Made by a program: the position numbers and the translations under genes. Shown here piece after piece: positions 42,697 to 52,328 of a DNA stretch of 64,000 bases. Numbering within the stretch: position 1 is the first letter of the stretch; each line of letters begins with the position of its first letter. The DNA lies in the IMG/VR virus record IMGVR_UViG_3300027969_000040; one strand, given 5' to 3'. The DNA is from a virus (Duplodnaviria > Caudoviricetes). Under the pieces are notes generated by a model. That model worked only from the letters and a program-made list of their open reading frames with translations, searched no databases and was not told where the DNA came from.

Positions 42697-44295
42697 TTAA
42701 TACGCACTGTTGGACTTGATGATAACTTGATCAATGGGTAAACTAGCCACTGAGTTATTAAGGCTAGTCCAGGACTCGATTCCTGTATTCTTATTAGGGG
42801 TAAACAATACTTTATCGTTTTTAACTTCACCAGTAGCTATTCCTACTGGTTTACCTTTCCACCAAACAACATCGCCGCTTTTAACACGCTCTGCTTTATT
42901 CAAAAATTGGTCTGGTGGTGTAATGCCTTCTGTTACTTTATTTTCTAACTTATTAAAGAATATTACAATTGCTTGTTTTACATCTTCGGCAGCATATAAT
43001 CTATCATTAGTGATAGCCAATCGTTTAGAAAACAGATCTCCGTCTTCTTTACTTTTAGCATATTCCTTTGCTGCAAGACTAGAAAAATGTGCTCGCGCTG
43101 CATATAGTCTACGTAATTCCATCCATTCTTCTTCGTCTGGCGTGGGTCTTGGATCGTGTTGCAGCAAAGACAATCGCTTCATTCTTTCTGCATATTTTAC
43201 CAACTCCACAGCTACTTTTTCTGCAAGGTGACCTTCGTATGGTTTTTCTTGTATAGGGGTATAGTCATTGACATCGTCCCAATTTGGATCTACAAGATCG
43301 CCTTCGGGATCGAGCTCGGAGCGTGACAAGTATTGAACAAGTTTTTTTGCTAGATTGCTGTTGGTATCAGACATTTTTAAAAAGGCAAGGCGTCCTGCAT
43401 TCAGCCCCCTTTCTGCAAATAATCGTGCTAACTCTACTAATTCCCTAGTATCTTTTTCAACTTCAGGATCTGACTCGGGGTCTAAGAACGTTCTTGTAAA
43501 TTTTATAATTTCGCTGGCATATTTATAAGGTCTGTAGTCTGTTACACGTTGTTTAAAATCTTCTTCTAAGTTAGTTGCAGCGTCAACAACTGGGTCATAT
43601 GGTATTTTATTAAAAATATGTACCAACTCAGGGGTTGCTTGCCCGTATAATTGTGTTAAGAATTCTTTACTGGCATTTTCATCTTCCCGCACCATATTCC
43701 ATAACATCCTGCATTCAGTGCCATGGCTAGCATCGTATGTCTTTCCATTGATATTAACCTGTGCTGGTTTTTCTGCTACAACTATTACATAGCTATGTTT
43801 GTCTGCGGTAGTTGATTCTGCAATGGATTTAAATGTTAAGAATGGTTTAAGATCACCAACATTTTTACCAGGCGGTATTCTGGACTTCCTGGGTGACCCG
43901 TCTTTTTTCGGTTTGGGTGTAAATTGTGTATAGACACTATCAACTTCTAGTCGTTGTTTATCTGGTTCGCCTACAGCAAAAATGGCTATTGTTTTACTAG
44001 GATCAAATCCTAATATTCTTGCATAATCTTGAATTTCGTAAGGTTGATTGGCTTCAACAATACGATCGTTATGTACACCTGCGGCATGCATTAGCTGTAC
44101 TTTATCAGTAAAGCTAAATGGACTTTTAGGTAGATCTACATTATTACTAGTACCAATGAATACATTATCACGACCAAATTTTCTTTGCAGTTCGTTAAAA
44201 ACCGCACTATGCCCTTTATGAAACGGCTGGAACCTTCCTGGGTAAATAACCACAATGTGGGTTGCTTGGGATTCAAAAAGGTCAAATACAAACAT
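42697..44295 (-). CDS. Cytidylyltransferase-like (HxGH) nucleotidyltransferase with C-terminal extension
   Basis: YPGRFQPFHKGH, PFSFTDK, SHGTECR; MFVFDLFE leader; upstream TAAATA at 44313-44318. Confidence 0.8.
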   Translation of the reverse strand: MFVFDLFESQATHIVVIYPGRFQPFHKGHSAVFNELQRKFGRDNVFIGTSNNVDLPKSPFSFTDKVQLMHAAGVHNDRIVEANQPYEIQDYARILGFDPSKTIAIFAVGEPDKQRLEVDSVYTQFTPKPKKDGSPRKSRIPPGKNVGDLKPFLTFKSIAESTTADKHSYVIVVAEKPAQVNINGKTYDASHGTECRMLWNMVREDENASKEFLTQLYGQATPELVHIFNKIPYDPVVDAATNLEEDFKQRVTDYRPYKYASEIIKFTRTFLDPESDPEVEKDTRELVELARLFAERGLNAGRLAFLKMSDTNSNLAKKLVQYLSRSELDPEGDLVDPNWDDVNDYTPIQEKPYEGHLAEKVAVELVKYAERMKRLSLLQHDPRPTPDEEEWMELRRLYAARAHFSSLAAKEYAKSKEDGDLFSKRLAITNDRLYAAEDVKQAIVIFFNKLENKVTEGITPPDQFLNKAERVKSGDVVWWKGKPVGIATGEVKNDKVLFTPNKNTGIESWTSLNNSVASLPIDQVIIKSNSAY

Positions 44296-44347
44296 AAAAA
44301 TTCCTTATCTAATATTTATGGTCATTGATAAGAATCGTTGAATCAAA

Positions 44348-44378
44348 AAAAAAGACTGAAATAATTTCAGTCTTTTTT
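44348..44378. terminator. Intrinsic terminator
   Basis: AAAAAAGACTGAAA-TAA-TTTCAGTCTTTTTT perfect inverted repeat. Confidence 0.85.
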
Positions 44379-44391
44379 ATGTATTGTAATT

Positions 44392-45246
44392 TTATTCTGC
44401 TGGTGTTGGTGCTTTTGGCGCTTTAGAAAAGTCCGGCATTTGACTCAAATCACCTTTGTATTCATAGTGCCCGATGTGATTTAACAAGACTTTGTTATGT
44501 GCCCAAATTTCGCCGCCAATAGCTTGCCAGCGTCGGCAGAACAGCCAATCTTCGCTAAGATAGTGGCCTTTTGCATCAATTGCTGTGTCAAATATAGCAT
44601 ACATCATTGGTTCGTATTGCTTGCCTAACCCTACATCATCTACATACTTGGTTTCTGGATGTGCAGCAATTAGTTGCTCATATACGCTACGTTTAAAGAT
44701 TAAAAATCCAGTTCCCATAGTATCTACTGTAAAGATATCGCCCTGTATTTTAGTCTGCGGCAACAAGTTAATCACATAGTTACTAGGAATGCTTTTCTTA
44801 GGATACAATCCGCCGATGACATCTTTTTCATAAACAAGCATTTGAAATATTGATTCTGCATCAAATCTGATATCTGCATCAATGAACATAAAATGTGTAG
44901 CCTTATCATTAGTCATCATTTTAGCCATTAAATTATTACGGCCACGAGTAATTAAACTCTCGTTAACCATAGTATCTAAACTCCAATTGAGTCCTGTCCG
45001 TTGAGCCATTAATATGAAACGTAATAAACTGGTCATGGTAGGTTCGCTACACATACCGCCGTAGCATGGAATTCCAATATGCAAATGAAGTTTACTAAAA
45101 TCGTACGGAGTGCCATTTTGTTGCTTCTCTTGTACTGCTTCACTTTGTTTTTTCATTATATCGGCAATTTTTTGTACAACGTCTGTAGCACTTTCACCGG
45201 GCAAATTAATTGGATTGCTCGATTCTGATTGATTATTATTTTCCAT
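44392..45246 (-). CDS. GT-A fold glycosyltransferase (family 2-like)
   Basis: IGIPCYGG, ESLITRGRN, HFMFIDADI (DxD), GTGF, LSEDW.FC, HIG. Confidence 0.85.
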   Translation of the reverse strand: MENNNQSESSNPINLPGESATDVVQKIADIMKKQSEAVQEKQQNGTPYDFSKLHLHIGIPCYGGMCSEPTMTSLLRFILMAQRTGLNWSLDTMVNESLITRGRNNLMAKMMTNDKATHFMFIDADIRFDAESIFQMLVYEKDVIGGLYPKKSIPSNYVINLLPQTKIQGDIFTVDTMGTGFLIFKRSVYEQLIAAHPETKYVDDVGLGKQYEPMMYAIFDTAIDAKGHYLSEDWLFCRRWQAIGGEIWAHNKVLLNHIGHYEYKGDLSQMPDFSKAPKAPTPAE

Positions 45247-45256
45247 TTTTTTCTTT

Positions 45257-45982
45257 CTATTGATTTTTCTGATTGATTATAGTTTGATTTACTGACCCAA
45301 TTAAGGATGGTGATAACATTTTGAGTATATCTAACATCTTAATATCATTAAGATATATGAAGCCGCCTTGAAAATATTTATATCTATCCGATAGCCTCTC
45401 CAATATAAACTTTGATATTTTTATCTCTCCATCTAAATTTTTTATATAATTTACTAGTGCATGTCGATCCTCAAGTTTGATGAAACCTTCTTTTAAGCGT
45501 ACCTTATACGGATGATCACTTTCTTTTTTAGTGATAATAAAACCTTGATCTAACAATTTTTTGTCCGAATCAAATTCTAACAACGAAACCGAACTCAATC
45601 TAGTTTTATGCTCGCTTAAAATTTCATTAGCTACATTATACAAGTAAGATTCTGAATCTGCAAATACAGTGAAAGAATAATAACTAATTCTAAATTTTAC
45701 TTTAACATTGGTTGGTGTTGTATAATATTTGTAAAAGTCTTCTAGTGTTTTTAAACTTGCATTTTGATTTTTGTATCTGACAAATCTGTCTGTGTTTCTA
45801 TAATTAAAAGCCTTCACAGTTGATGGTAGTTTATCAGCAGTTTTACAATTAATCAAACATCTTGCACCTTGTAAATTATAAGTTAAACTGTAACAAAACT
45901 CGTTAAAAAATTTCTTCTTAGTATAAAGAAATCGCAAGTCTCGATTTAGTTTACTCCACTCTGATAAATCCATTTTTGTCAA
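45257..45982 (-). CDS. Hypothetical protein
   Basis: 241 aa ORF overlapping the clpA end. Confidence 0.55.
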   Translation of the reverse strand: MTKMDLSEWSKLNRDLRFLYTKKKFFNEFCYSLTYNLQGARCLINCKTADKLPSTVKAFNYRNTDRFVRYKNQNASLKTLEDFYKYYTTPTNVKVKFRISYYSFTVFADSESYLYNVANEILSEHKTRLSSVSLLEFDSDKKLLDQGFIITKKESDHPYKVRLKEGFIKLEDRHALVNYIKNLDGEIKISKFILERLSDRYKYFQGGFIYLNDIKMLDILKMLSPSLIGSVNQTIINQKNQ

Positions 45983-48254
45983 CTGATGGTACCCCTTCGA
46001 TCAATAGCTGCATGTTATAGGCAATTACAGTAAAAGTCAAATCTTTTTCCTGGCAATCTACATTAATAATAGATCCGTTTTCCAAATTCTCAAACAATAT
46101 TTTTTTACTAATAGGTACTTTAATCAAATCGTTAATTACACGATTCAATGGCCTTGCGCCCATTCTCTTATCAAACCCTTTTTCAACTAGTAAGTCAACG
46201 GCACGTTCAGTTAGACGCAATTTAATTTGTCTATCGGATAGTAAATCATTGATTTCTGACATAAATTTAGCGACAATCTTTTTCATGCTAAACTGATCTA
46301 ATGTTTTAAACTTACATATAGCATCAAGTCTATTTCGAAACTCGGGTTTAAAAAATTCCTTAACTGCCTTATCGTCCTCACCTGTGCGCTCTAACGATTG
46401 ACCAAATCCAATGGTATTGCGTTCGTTATCGGCAGCGCCTAGATTACTAGTCATAATTAAAATAGAGTTACGTGCATCGGCTTTTTTACCATTGCTACCA
46501 GTAATAAATCCTTCATCCATAAATTGCAACAAGATATTTGTTACATCAGGATGAGCTTTTTCAATCTCATCTAATAGGATAATTGAGTTTGGATTTTGTT
46601 CTAAAGCACTAATTAATAATCCACTGCCAGCTGCTGAATCTTCATATCCAACATACCCAGGAGGTGCACCGATTAACTTAGCCATGCTATGTTTTTCTTG
46701 GTACTCACTCATATCGTAGCGAACCATCTTCATTGACAAATTGGTTGCAAGTAACTTAGCTAATTCAGTTTTTCCAGTACCAGTTGGCCCCAAGAATAAA
46801 AAGCTACCAATTGGTTTGTTAATTGATTTAATACCTGCTTTACTTACGAATATTCGCTCTAACACAGAAGTTACGGCATCCTCTTGACCGTACAGCCCTT
46901 GGTTTATATTGATTTCTAAATTAACAAGGCTATTAGTATTATCACTGCCAATTTGATCAACTGGTATCTTAGTAGCGCGACTTAGTGCTTCTACAATCTG
47001 CGATTTGCCTAATACAAAGTCTGAATCTTGCTTGATTTGTATTTTTTGTTTAGCACATGCAGTATCCATTAAGTCTATTGCTTTGTCTGGCAGCTTTTTG
47101 TCAGGTTGATATCTAATGCTATAATCAACGGCGGCATCAATTGATTCATCTGAAATTTTAATGTTATGGAATTTTTCAAAATTTAATCTTATACCTTTAA
47201 GTATAAGTTTCGAATCACTTGCACTAGGTTCGTCTACAGTTAATCGTTGAAATCTACGCATCAATGCTCGATCTTTTTCGAAGCTTTGTACATATTCATC
47301 CCATGTAGTAGATGCGATAACTTTAATCTTGCCCTTAGTTAATGCAGGTTTAATCATGTTACTAAAGTCGACCGAGCTAGAAGAGCCACCGCCAGCGCCA
47401 CGCATCTGATGTGCCTCGTCGATGAATAGTATAGTTTTTTCTTTCATTATCAATGCTTTGATAACATTCTGAAATTTTTCTTCAAACTCGCCTCTATACT
47501 TACTTCCAGCTAATAAGCTACCTATATCTAAGTTATACACAGTATATGACTTTAGATATTCTGGTACATTACCGTCTACTATATTTTTAGCAAGTCCTTC
47601 TGCTAACATTGTTTTACCAACGCCCGGATCACCAACTAATAGGATATTGGCTTTATTACGTTTAGCCAATATATGAGACATTTCTGTTAGTTCAAACTCT
47701 CGTCCAATAATAGGATCAAGTTCACCTTTCTTGGCCAAGTTGTTCAGATTTGTACAAAACTCATCTAACATTTCTTCGGCACGCTCTGCATTTATATTTG
47801 GAGAATTTAAATCCGACTCGGTATTAAATTTTTTGTATAATTCCATTAGGGTTGCACGATCAATTCCGTACTTTAACATAAAATAGAATGCATAGCTATT
47901 TGATTCCATTGAAATGCTTAATACCAAGTCAATGATTTTAATACGGTTAGATCCGTGAAACAACACTTGTGTTAGTGCTCTATTAAATACACGTTCTAAC
48001 GTTTGTGTTTTTCTTGGAGTATGCGATTCTTCGACTACTAAATGTGTTTGTGCATTTAAATAATGGCTTAGTTCACCCACCAGGCCGTTGACATCAAAAT
48101 TTAATTTTATCAATATCTTCTTAAAAGGACTATATTGAAAAATAGCCAATGCTAGATGTTCTAAAGTTACATATTCATGTTTAAGCGACTTAGCAGCCTC
48201 GCTGGCTTTAAGTATAATTTCTTCAATCTCTGCATTTGGTCTCATTGACGACAT
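45951..48254 (-). CDS. clpA: ATP-dependent Clp protease ATP-binding subunit (ClpA-like)
   Basis: N-domain HEYVTLEH, two AAA modules (GDPGVGKT/LFIDEAH and GPTGTGKT/LLDEIEK), PEFRNRLD, MGARPL; no ClpB M-domain. Confidence 0.9.
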   Translation of the reverse strand: MSSMRPNAEIEEIILKASEAAKSLKHEYVTLEHLALAIFQYSPFKKILIKLNFDVNGLVGELSHYLNAQTHLVVEESHTPRKTQTLERVFNRALTQVLFHGSNRIKIIDLVLSISMESNSYAFYFMLKYGIDRATLMELYKKFNTESDLNSPNINAERAEEMLDEFCTNLNNLAKKGELDPIIGREFELTEMSHILAKRNKANILLVGDPGVGKTMLAEGLAKNIVDGNVPEYLKSYTVYNLDIGSLLAGSKYRGEFEEKFQNVIKALIMKEKTILFIDEAHQMRGAGGGSSSSVDFSNMIKPALTKGKIKVIASTTWDEYVQSFEKDRALMRRFQRLTVDEPSASDSKLILKGIRLNFEKFHNIKISDESIDAAVDYSIRYQPDKKLPDKAIDLMDTACAKQKIQIKQDSDFVLGKSQIVEALSRATKIPVDQIGSDNTNSLVNLEININQGLYGQEDAVTSVLERIFVSKAGIKSINKPIGSFLFLGPTGTGKTELAKLLATNLSMKMVRYDMSEYQEKHSMAKLIGAPPGYVGYEDSAAGSGLLISALEQNPNSIILLDEIEKAHPDVTNILLQFMDEGFITGSNGKKADARNSILIMTSNLGAADNERNTIGFGQSLERTGEDDKAVKEFFKPEFRNRLDAICKFKTLDQFSMKKIVAKFMSEINDLLSDRQIKLRLTERAVDLLVEKGFDKRMGARPLNRVINDLIKVPISKKILFENLENGSIINVDCQEKDLTFTVIAYNMQLLIEGVPSVDKNGFIRVE

Positions 48255-48264
48255 TACAGTTCCT

Positions 48265-49101
48265 TTATGTTAATAAATTTTCTAATGCTTTATGCTGATC
48301 CGATGTAATAGTCGACGGAACAGTTAGTGAAATTTCAACATGCAGATCGCCACGTATAGGTTGATTTACATCCCATAACCCTTGAGATGGAATTCTAAAT
48401 TTAGAATTATTTTGTGTACCCGGCGGGATTCTAATTTCAAATTGTGTATGATCTAACCCTGACACCATTGCCTTTGTTCCTACTACAGCATCGATGCAAT
48501 TAACACTTATTGTTTTTATTAGATTCAACCCGGCTATTACAAATTCAGGATGCTGTCTTATTCGTAAATCAACTAGTAAGTCTCCAGGCGGCAAGTTAGA
48601 ATGTGAAGTATCACCTTTTCCTTGGTATCTAATTTGCATACCAGTTTGAACTCCCCTGGGGATTTCAATCTCTACAGTTTTATTTGATCCATTTGAATTT
48701 CGGACATTAATATGATGCGATTGAGTGTTAAGTGTTGATTCTAAATCTAGTTCAATTCCTACCCTTAGGTCTGCATTTTTAGCAGGTTGCCCGTGATGTC
48801 TGAAATTAAATCCTCCTGCAAATTGCCGGAATAGATCATCAATACCACCACCGCCACCACCAAAACTAAAGTGATGAAAATTACCACCGCCACCACCTTG
48901 CCCAAACATTTTTTGTTGTTCCCATTGGGCACGTTTTTGTGGATCGGATAGTGTTGAGTATGCTTCCTGTATCTCTTGGAATTTATTTTGATCACCACCC
49001 CGGTCTGGATGATGCTGCATAGCCAACTTTTTATACGCTTTCTTAATCTCGTCATCGCTCGCGTTAGCGTTGACACCTAAAATATTAAAATAATCAGTCA
49101 T
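48265..49101 (-). CDS. DnaJ/CbpA-like co-chaperone (no Zn finger)
   Basis: J domain with HPD, G/F-rich linker, C-terminal DnaJ domain (GDL, IPPGTQ). Confidence 0.9.
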   Translation of the reverse strand: MTDYFNILGVNANASDDEIKKAYKKLAMQHHPDRGGDQNKFQEIQEAYSTLSDPQKRAQWEQQKMFGQGGGGGNFHHFSFGGGGGGIDDLFRQFAGGFNFRHHGQPAKNADLRVGIELDLESTLNTQSHHINVRNSNGSNKTVEIEIPRGVQTGMQIRYQGKGDTSHSNLPPGDLLVDLRIRQHPEFVIAGLNLIKTISVNCIDAVVGTKAMVSGLDHTQFEIRIPPGTQNNSKFRIPSQGLWDVNQPIRGDLHVEISLTVPSTITSDQHKALENLLT

Positions 49102-49174
49102 AGTTATATAGTACAAATAAAAAAAGGTACAGCAGTTATAATACTATACCTTTGAGGAAATGTCAATATATTTA

Positions 49175-49423
49175 TTATTTCTTTTTCTTGTCCTCAGGAA
49201 TTTCCGTTCCTTCTAATTTTTTATGCACTTTGATCTTTTTACAATCTTGTGCTTGTTTTCCAGTTTTTTTGTCCATAACTGGTTTCCCAGCTTTGTCCAC
49301 TTTATCGTGGCAAACTTCTTTCATTTCGCCACCGGCATGAGCAGTGCTAGACATTATAACTGTACTAGCCATAAAGCATACAGTATATATACCTATGAGT
49401 TGTGCTATTAATAATTTTTTCAT
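49175..49423 (-). CDS. Small secreted/periplasmic protein
   Basis: MKK + hydrophobic + AHA signal peptide; two Cys in a Lys-rich mature part. Confidence 0.65.
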   Translation of the reverse strand: MKKLLIAQLIGIYTVCFMASTVIMSSTAHAGGEMKEVCHDKVDKAGKPVMDKKTGKQAQDCKKIKVHKKLEGTEIPEDKKKK

Positions 49424-49442
49424 GTTGTTTTCCTTTAATTTT

Positions 49443-50051
49443 TTATAACATTGGTTGCTGTGGTTGCATTGGTGCTGGTTTGCCACCAAACCCTGTTATA
49501 ACTGTTGCTGTGCCACCAAACCCTCCTGCTGCTGGTGTACCAAACCCTCCTGCTGCTGGGGTACCAAACCCACCACCGCCACCTGTTGAGCCAAACCCAC
49601 CACCGCCACCGCCACCTGTTGAGCCAAACCCACCACCGCCACCGCCACCTGTTGAGCCAAATCCGCCTCCACCCATGACAGGTTGGTTGCTTACGCTAAC
49701 GCTACCTTGACCTGGTGGAACATATGTTGTTCCTAACCCTGCTCCACCCAAGCCACCATTGTTGGCGCCATTTAGTTTTTCCTGTGTGCGGCCATGTGCA
49801 GCAATACCTAGTACCGCGCCCATGGCAATATGGAACAATCCAGCACCCTGCAAGGTCAATGGTTGCCATTGTGAATTAACTGCCCCGTGGCTAAGACTTT
49901 GCAATAGACTCCAAAGCACTGGGAATACCACCATGTCCATGGTACAGATCAGCATGTACATCCAACCCATCATTGGACGCCATTTGCTGTTCATCCAATC
50001 TTCTTTTTTCTTTTCGCTTGCGCTGATTTTTTCTGCTGTTTCGTCTGCCAT
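49443..50051 (-). CDS. Putative holin (GTA 3TM holin-like) with Gly/Phe-rich tail
   Basis: WMNSKWRPMMGW...WQPLTLQG.GLFHIAMGAVLG; upstream TAAATA at 50073-50078. Confidence 0.6.
   Translation of the reverse strand: MADETAEKISASEKKKEDWMNSKWRPMMGWMYMLICTMDMVVFPVLWSLLQSLSHGAVNSQWQPLTLQGAGLFHIAMGAVLGIAAHGRTQEKLNGANNGGLGGAGLGTTYVPPGQGSVSVSNQPVMGGGGFGSTGGGGGGGFGSTGGGGGGGFGSTGGGGGFGTPAAGGFGTPAAGGFGGTATVITGFGGKPAPMQPQQPML
49505..49675 (-). repeat. Tandem coding repeats: (GGFGSTGGGG)x3 and (GGFGTPAA)x2
   Basis: CCACCTGTTGAGCCAAA x3 and CCAAACCCTCCTGCTGCTGG x2 read directly. Confidence 0.9.
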
Positions 50052-50096
50052 AATTGAAATCTCCTAGTGTAAATATTTACCATAAATACTAATAAT

Positions 50097-50717
50097 ATGA
50101 TGACTCGAACAATTTTAAATCAAAATCCATTTATTATCACTCTTGATGATGCAATTCCTGCAGAAATAATTAAAGAAATGGTGTCAGAAAACGATTATGT
50201 TAATAGTTTGGGATATGTTCATGATAGCAAATCAAGTAGCGCAGTTGATCATCGCACAAGTATGTCATGTTTTGATCCTAATAACAAATATGATAATGTA
50301 AGAAGAATAGTACTTAGCTGTTTAGAAAAAGAATTTAATTGTATACATTCAATTGATGCATGCGAAACTTGGCAGTTTACGCAATACTCTTCTAATCAAT
50401 ACTATAAACCACACTGGGATTTTTTTAATGTAAACGATCCCCGTTATACCAACTCGGTGCATAACGATCGTGTTGGTACGGTTATTATATATTTGAATGA
50501 TTCATACTCAGGCGGCACTACAAATTTTACTAAATTAAACTTATCTGTAACACCAAAAGCCGGTAGAATTCTTTATTTTAACTATCCAACTGTGCATGGT
50601 GATAGTTATGTAAGAGATTTAACATTACACGAAGGCGCAACTGTTCATACTGGAATTAAACGTATAGCCACAATGTGGATTAGAGAAAGTGCAATTATTC
50701 CGGGTGCCATTTTATAA
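50097..50717 (+). CDS. 2OG-Fe(II) oxygenase, prolyl-4-hydroxylase-like
   Basis: RTS, Q.TQY, YKPHWD (HxD), TVIIYLND, GGTTNF, HEG, G.KRIATMW; upstream TAAATA at 50083-50088. Confidence 0.88.
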   Translation: MMTRTILNQNPFIITLDDAIPAEIIKEMVSENDYVNSLGYVHDSKSSSAVDHRTSMSCFDPNNKYDNVRRIVLSCLEKEFNCIHSIDACETWQFTQYSSNQYYKPHWDFFNVNDPRYTNSVHNDRVGTVIIYLNDSYSGGTTNFTKLNLSVTPKAGRILYFNYPTVHGDSYVRDLTLHEGATVHTGIKRIATMWIRESAIIPGAIL

Positions 50718-50737
50718 CCGATGGTTATAAATACAGG

Positions 50738-50857
50738 ATGCATTTTAATATAATCATCACTTTCAACGATCTGTTATTTTTACTAGGGTGCGTGCCATTA
50801 GTTATGATATTTTGGGTAATGTTTAAAGATTGGTCTAACGATAGAAATAGGTATTAA
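50738..50857 (+). CDS. Small membrane protein (39 aa), missing from the ORF track
   Basis: MHFNIIITFNDLLFLLGCVPLVMIFWVMFKDWSNDRNRY, preceded by TATAAATA (50726-50733) and AGGA. Confidence 0.45.
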   Translation: MHFNIIITFNDLLFLLGCVPLVMIFWVMFKDWSNDRNRY

Positions 50858-51471
50858 TTTTTAATTCCTAATGCTTCATCTGTTTTTTTCTTCTGTTCCT
50901 GCTCTCTAGCCCATTGTTGTTCTCTGCGAATTCTTTGAGCTTTTGCCTGTGCAGCTTCGAATGCTTTCTGTTCTTCGGCCATGCTGTAAAACTGAACTCC
51001 TAGCATAACAAATGCACTGATAACAAGCCCGCCAGCCAATACATATAAAGCTAGCATAAAATATTTGGCCATCTTTTCTTTATGCGCCTGTTTAGCTTTG
51101 GCCAGTGCTTCTTCGCCCTCGCGTTTTTCTTTTAATAATCTAGCACGTTCTTTAACCATTTCTTCCCAGATTTGTGGTTTACCCAGTTGCCAATAAATCA
51201 TATCCTTTAAGGCTCTTTCGTCCTCGCGCAGTTGATTGCTGTGCATAGCAAACTCAAGGGCCTGCCGCCCGAGCTGGGCATCTGTTTTACCCATAGAACT
51301 ATGCTTGGCTTGAATACTGGCCATATGCACTTGGTCGGCTGCTTCAAAGAAATGTCCCACTTGCCCAATGATGCTATTAACATCTTTGCCCATGGCAATG
51401 GCTTGTTTAATGCCACTGATTGCTGATTGTGCTGCCGAAAAGGCCAGGCTGATGCTAATCGGATCAATCAT
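50854..51471 (-). CDS. Membrane protein with coiled coils
   Basis: MIDPISI start, one TM segment. Confidence 0.6.
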   Translation of the reverse strand: MIDPISISLAFSAAQSAISGIKQAIAMGKDVNSIIGQVGHFFEAADQVHMASIQAKHSSMGKTDAQLGRQALEFAMHSNQLREDERALKDMIYWQLGKPQIWEEMVKERARLLKEKREGEEALAKAKQAHKEKMAKYFMLALYVLAGGLVISAFVMLGVQFYSMAEEQKAFEAAQAKAQRIRREQQWAREQEQKKKTDEALGIKN

Positions 51472-51474
51472 GTA

Positions 51475-51714
51475 TCACCCGCTGAGTTTACATATTTCGG
51501 GATATAATCTATTAGAGCAATCCCTGATTGCCCATTCGATGCAAGTTACTTTGCCTTCAACGGGAGTGCTTGTCCATTGCCAGCGTATACAAACACGCAC
51601 CCGGTCTTTTTTTAATAGGTTTTGTTGGGACGACGCCACTACGATCGTGGACAATACAACGGATATTACAATCCATTTCAATATTGTTGATGTTCTGGCG
51701 GTGATCGATGCCAA
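51475..51714 (-). CDS. Small membrane-anchored protein with four Cys
   Basis: N-terminal TM; C.RW.W...C.EW...DC motif. Confidence 0.55.
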   Translation of the reverse strand: MASITARTSTILKWIVISVVLSTIVVASSQQNLLKKDRVRVCIRWQWTSTPVEGKVTCIEWAIRDCSNRLYPEICKLSG

Positions 51715-51788
51715 TGTGACTCTCCATAATAGCAGTATTATATACTACTATTTAAATGGAAAGTCCAATTTGATAAAGCTAGCTTTAA

Positions 51789-52325
51789 CTAGATCCAGAG
51801 CCAATAACCCTGTGCCATTAGAATTAATCCTATCACGCCAACTGCCCAACTGGCTCTATACATGTTGTTGTTGACAGTTAGTATGGCAGCAGATAATAAT
51901 ACAATTGCCAGCTGAAATAGCATACCCGAGAATGTTAACCAAGGACTGTGCAATCTTGCTTCATCACGAGTAGCGTCTTGTGCCTTTGCTTTTTCAAGAA
52001 GTTCTTTTTTACCTTCGCCTTTTTCGGGTTCACTCTCGTAGCGAGCAATTTTTGCTTCTAGTTTAGCAATACGATCTTTATCTTTGGCTTGTTTGGCATC
52101 TTCTAATTGGCCTTCGGCAATCATTTGTTTAATACTCTTGGACTGATAAAATCCATAAGTGTTGCTGGCTTTTAGTAAATTAGTCTGTGCAATGCCGCTA
52201 AAGTTATTGGCAAGGTAAGTGTTGCCTGCTAAAAATAGTGCCATAAAGACAATTACCAATCCTGCTTTGTCTTTGATTTGTGCTTCACGCTCTGAACGTG
52301 ATAAAGGTTTTGCTTCATCTGCCAT
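51789..52325 (-). CDS. DUF4337-like membrane protein
   Basis: Three TMs, FYQSKSIK motif. Confidence 0.6.
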   Translation of the reverse strand: MADEAKPLSRSEREAQIKDKAGLVIVFMALFLAGNTYLANNFSGIAQTNLLKASNTYGFYQSKSIKQMIAEGQLEDAKQAKDKDRIAKLEAKIARYESEPEKGEGKKELLEKAKAQDATRDEARLHSPWLTFSGMLFQLAIVLLSAAILTVNNNMYRASWAVGVIGLILMAQGYWLWI

Positions 52326-52328
52326 TTC

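Noticed and set aside
49505-49675. CRISPR or DGR repeats
   Set aside because: These are tandem coding repeats for Gly-rich peptide; there is no reverse transcriptase or TR/VR adenine-mismatch pair in the window.
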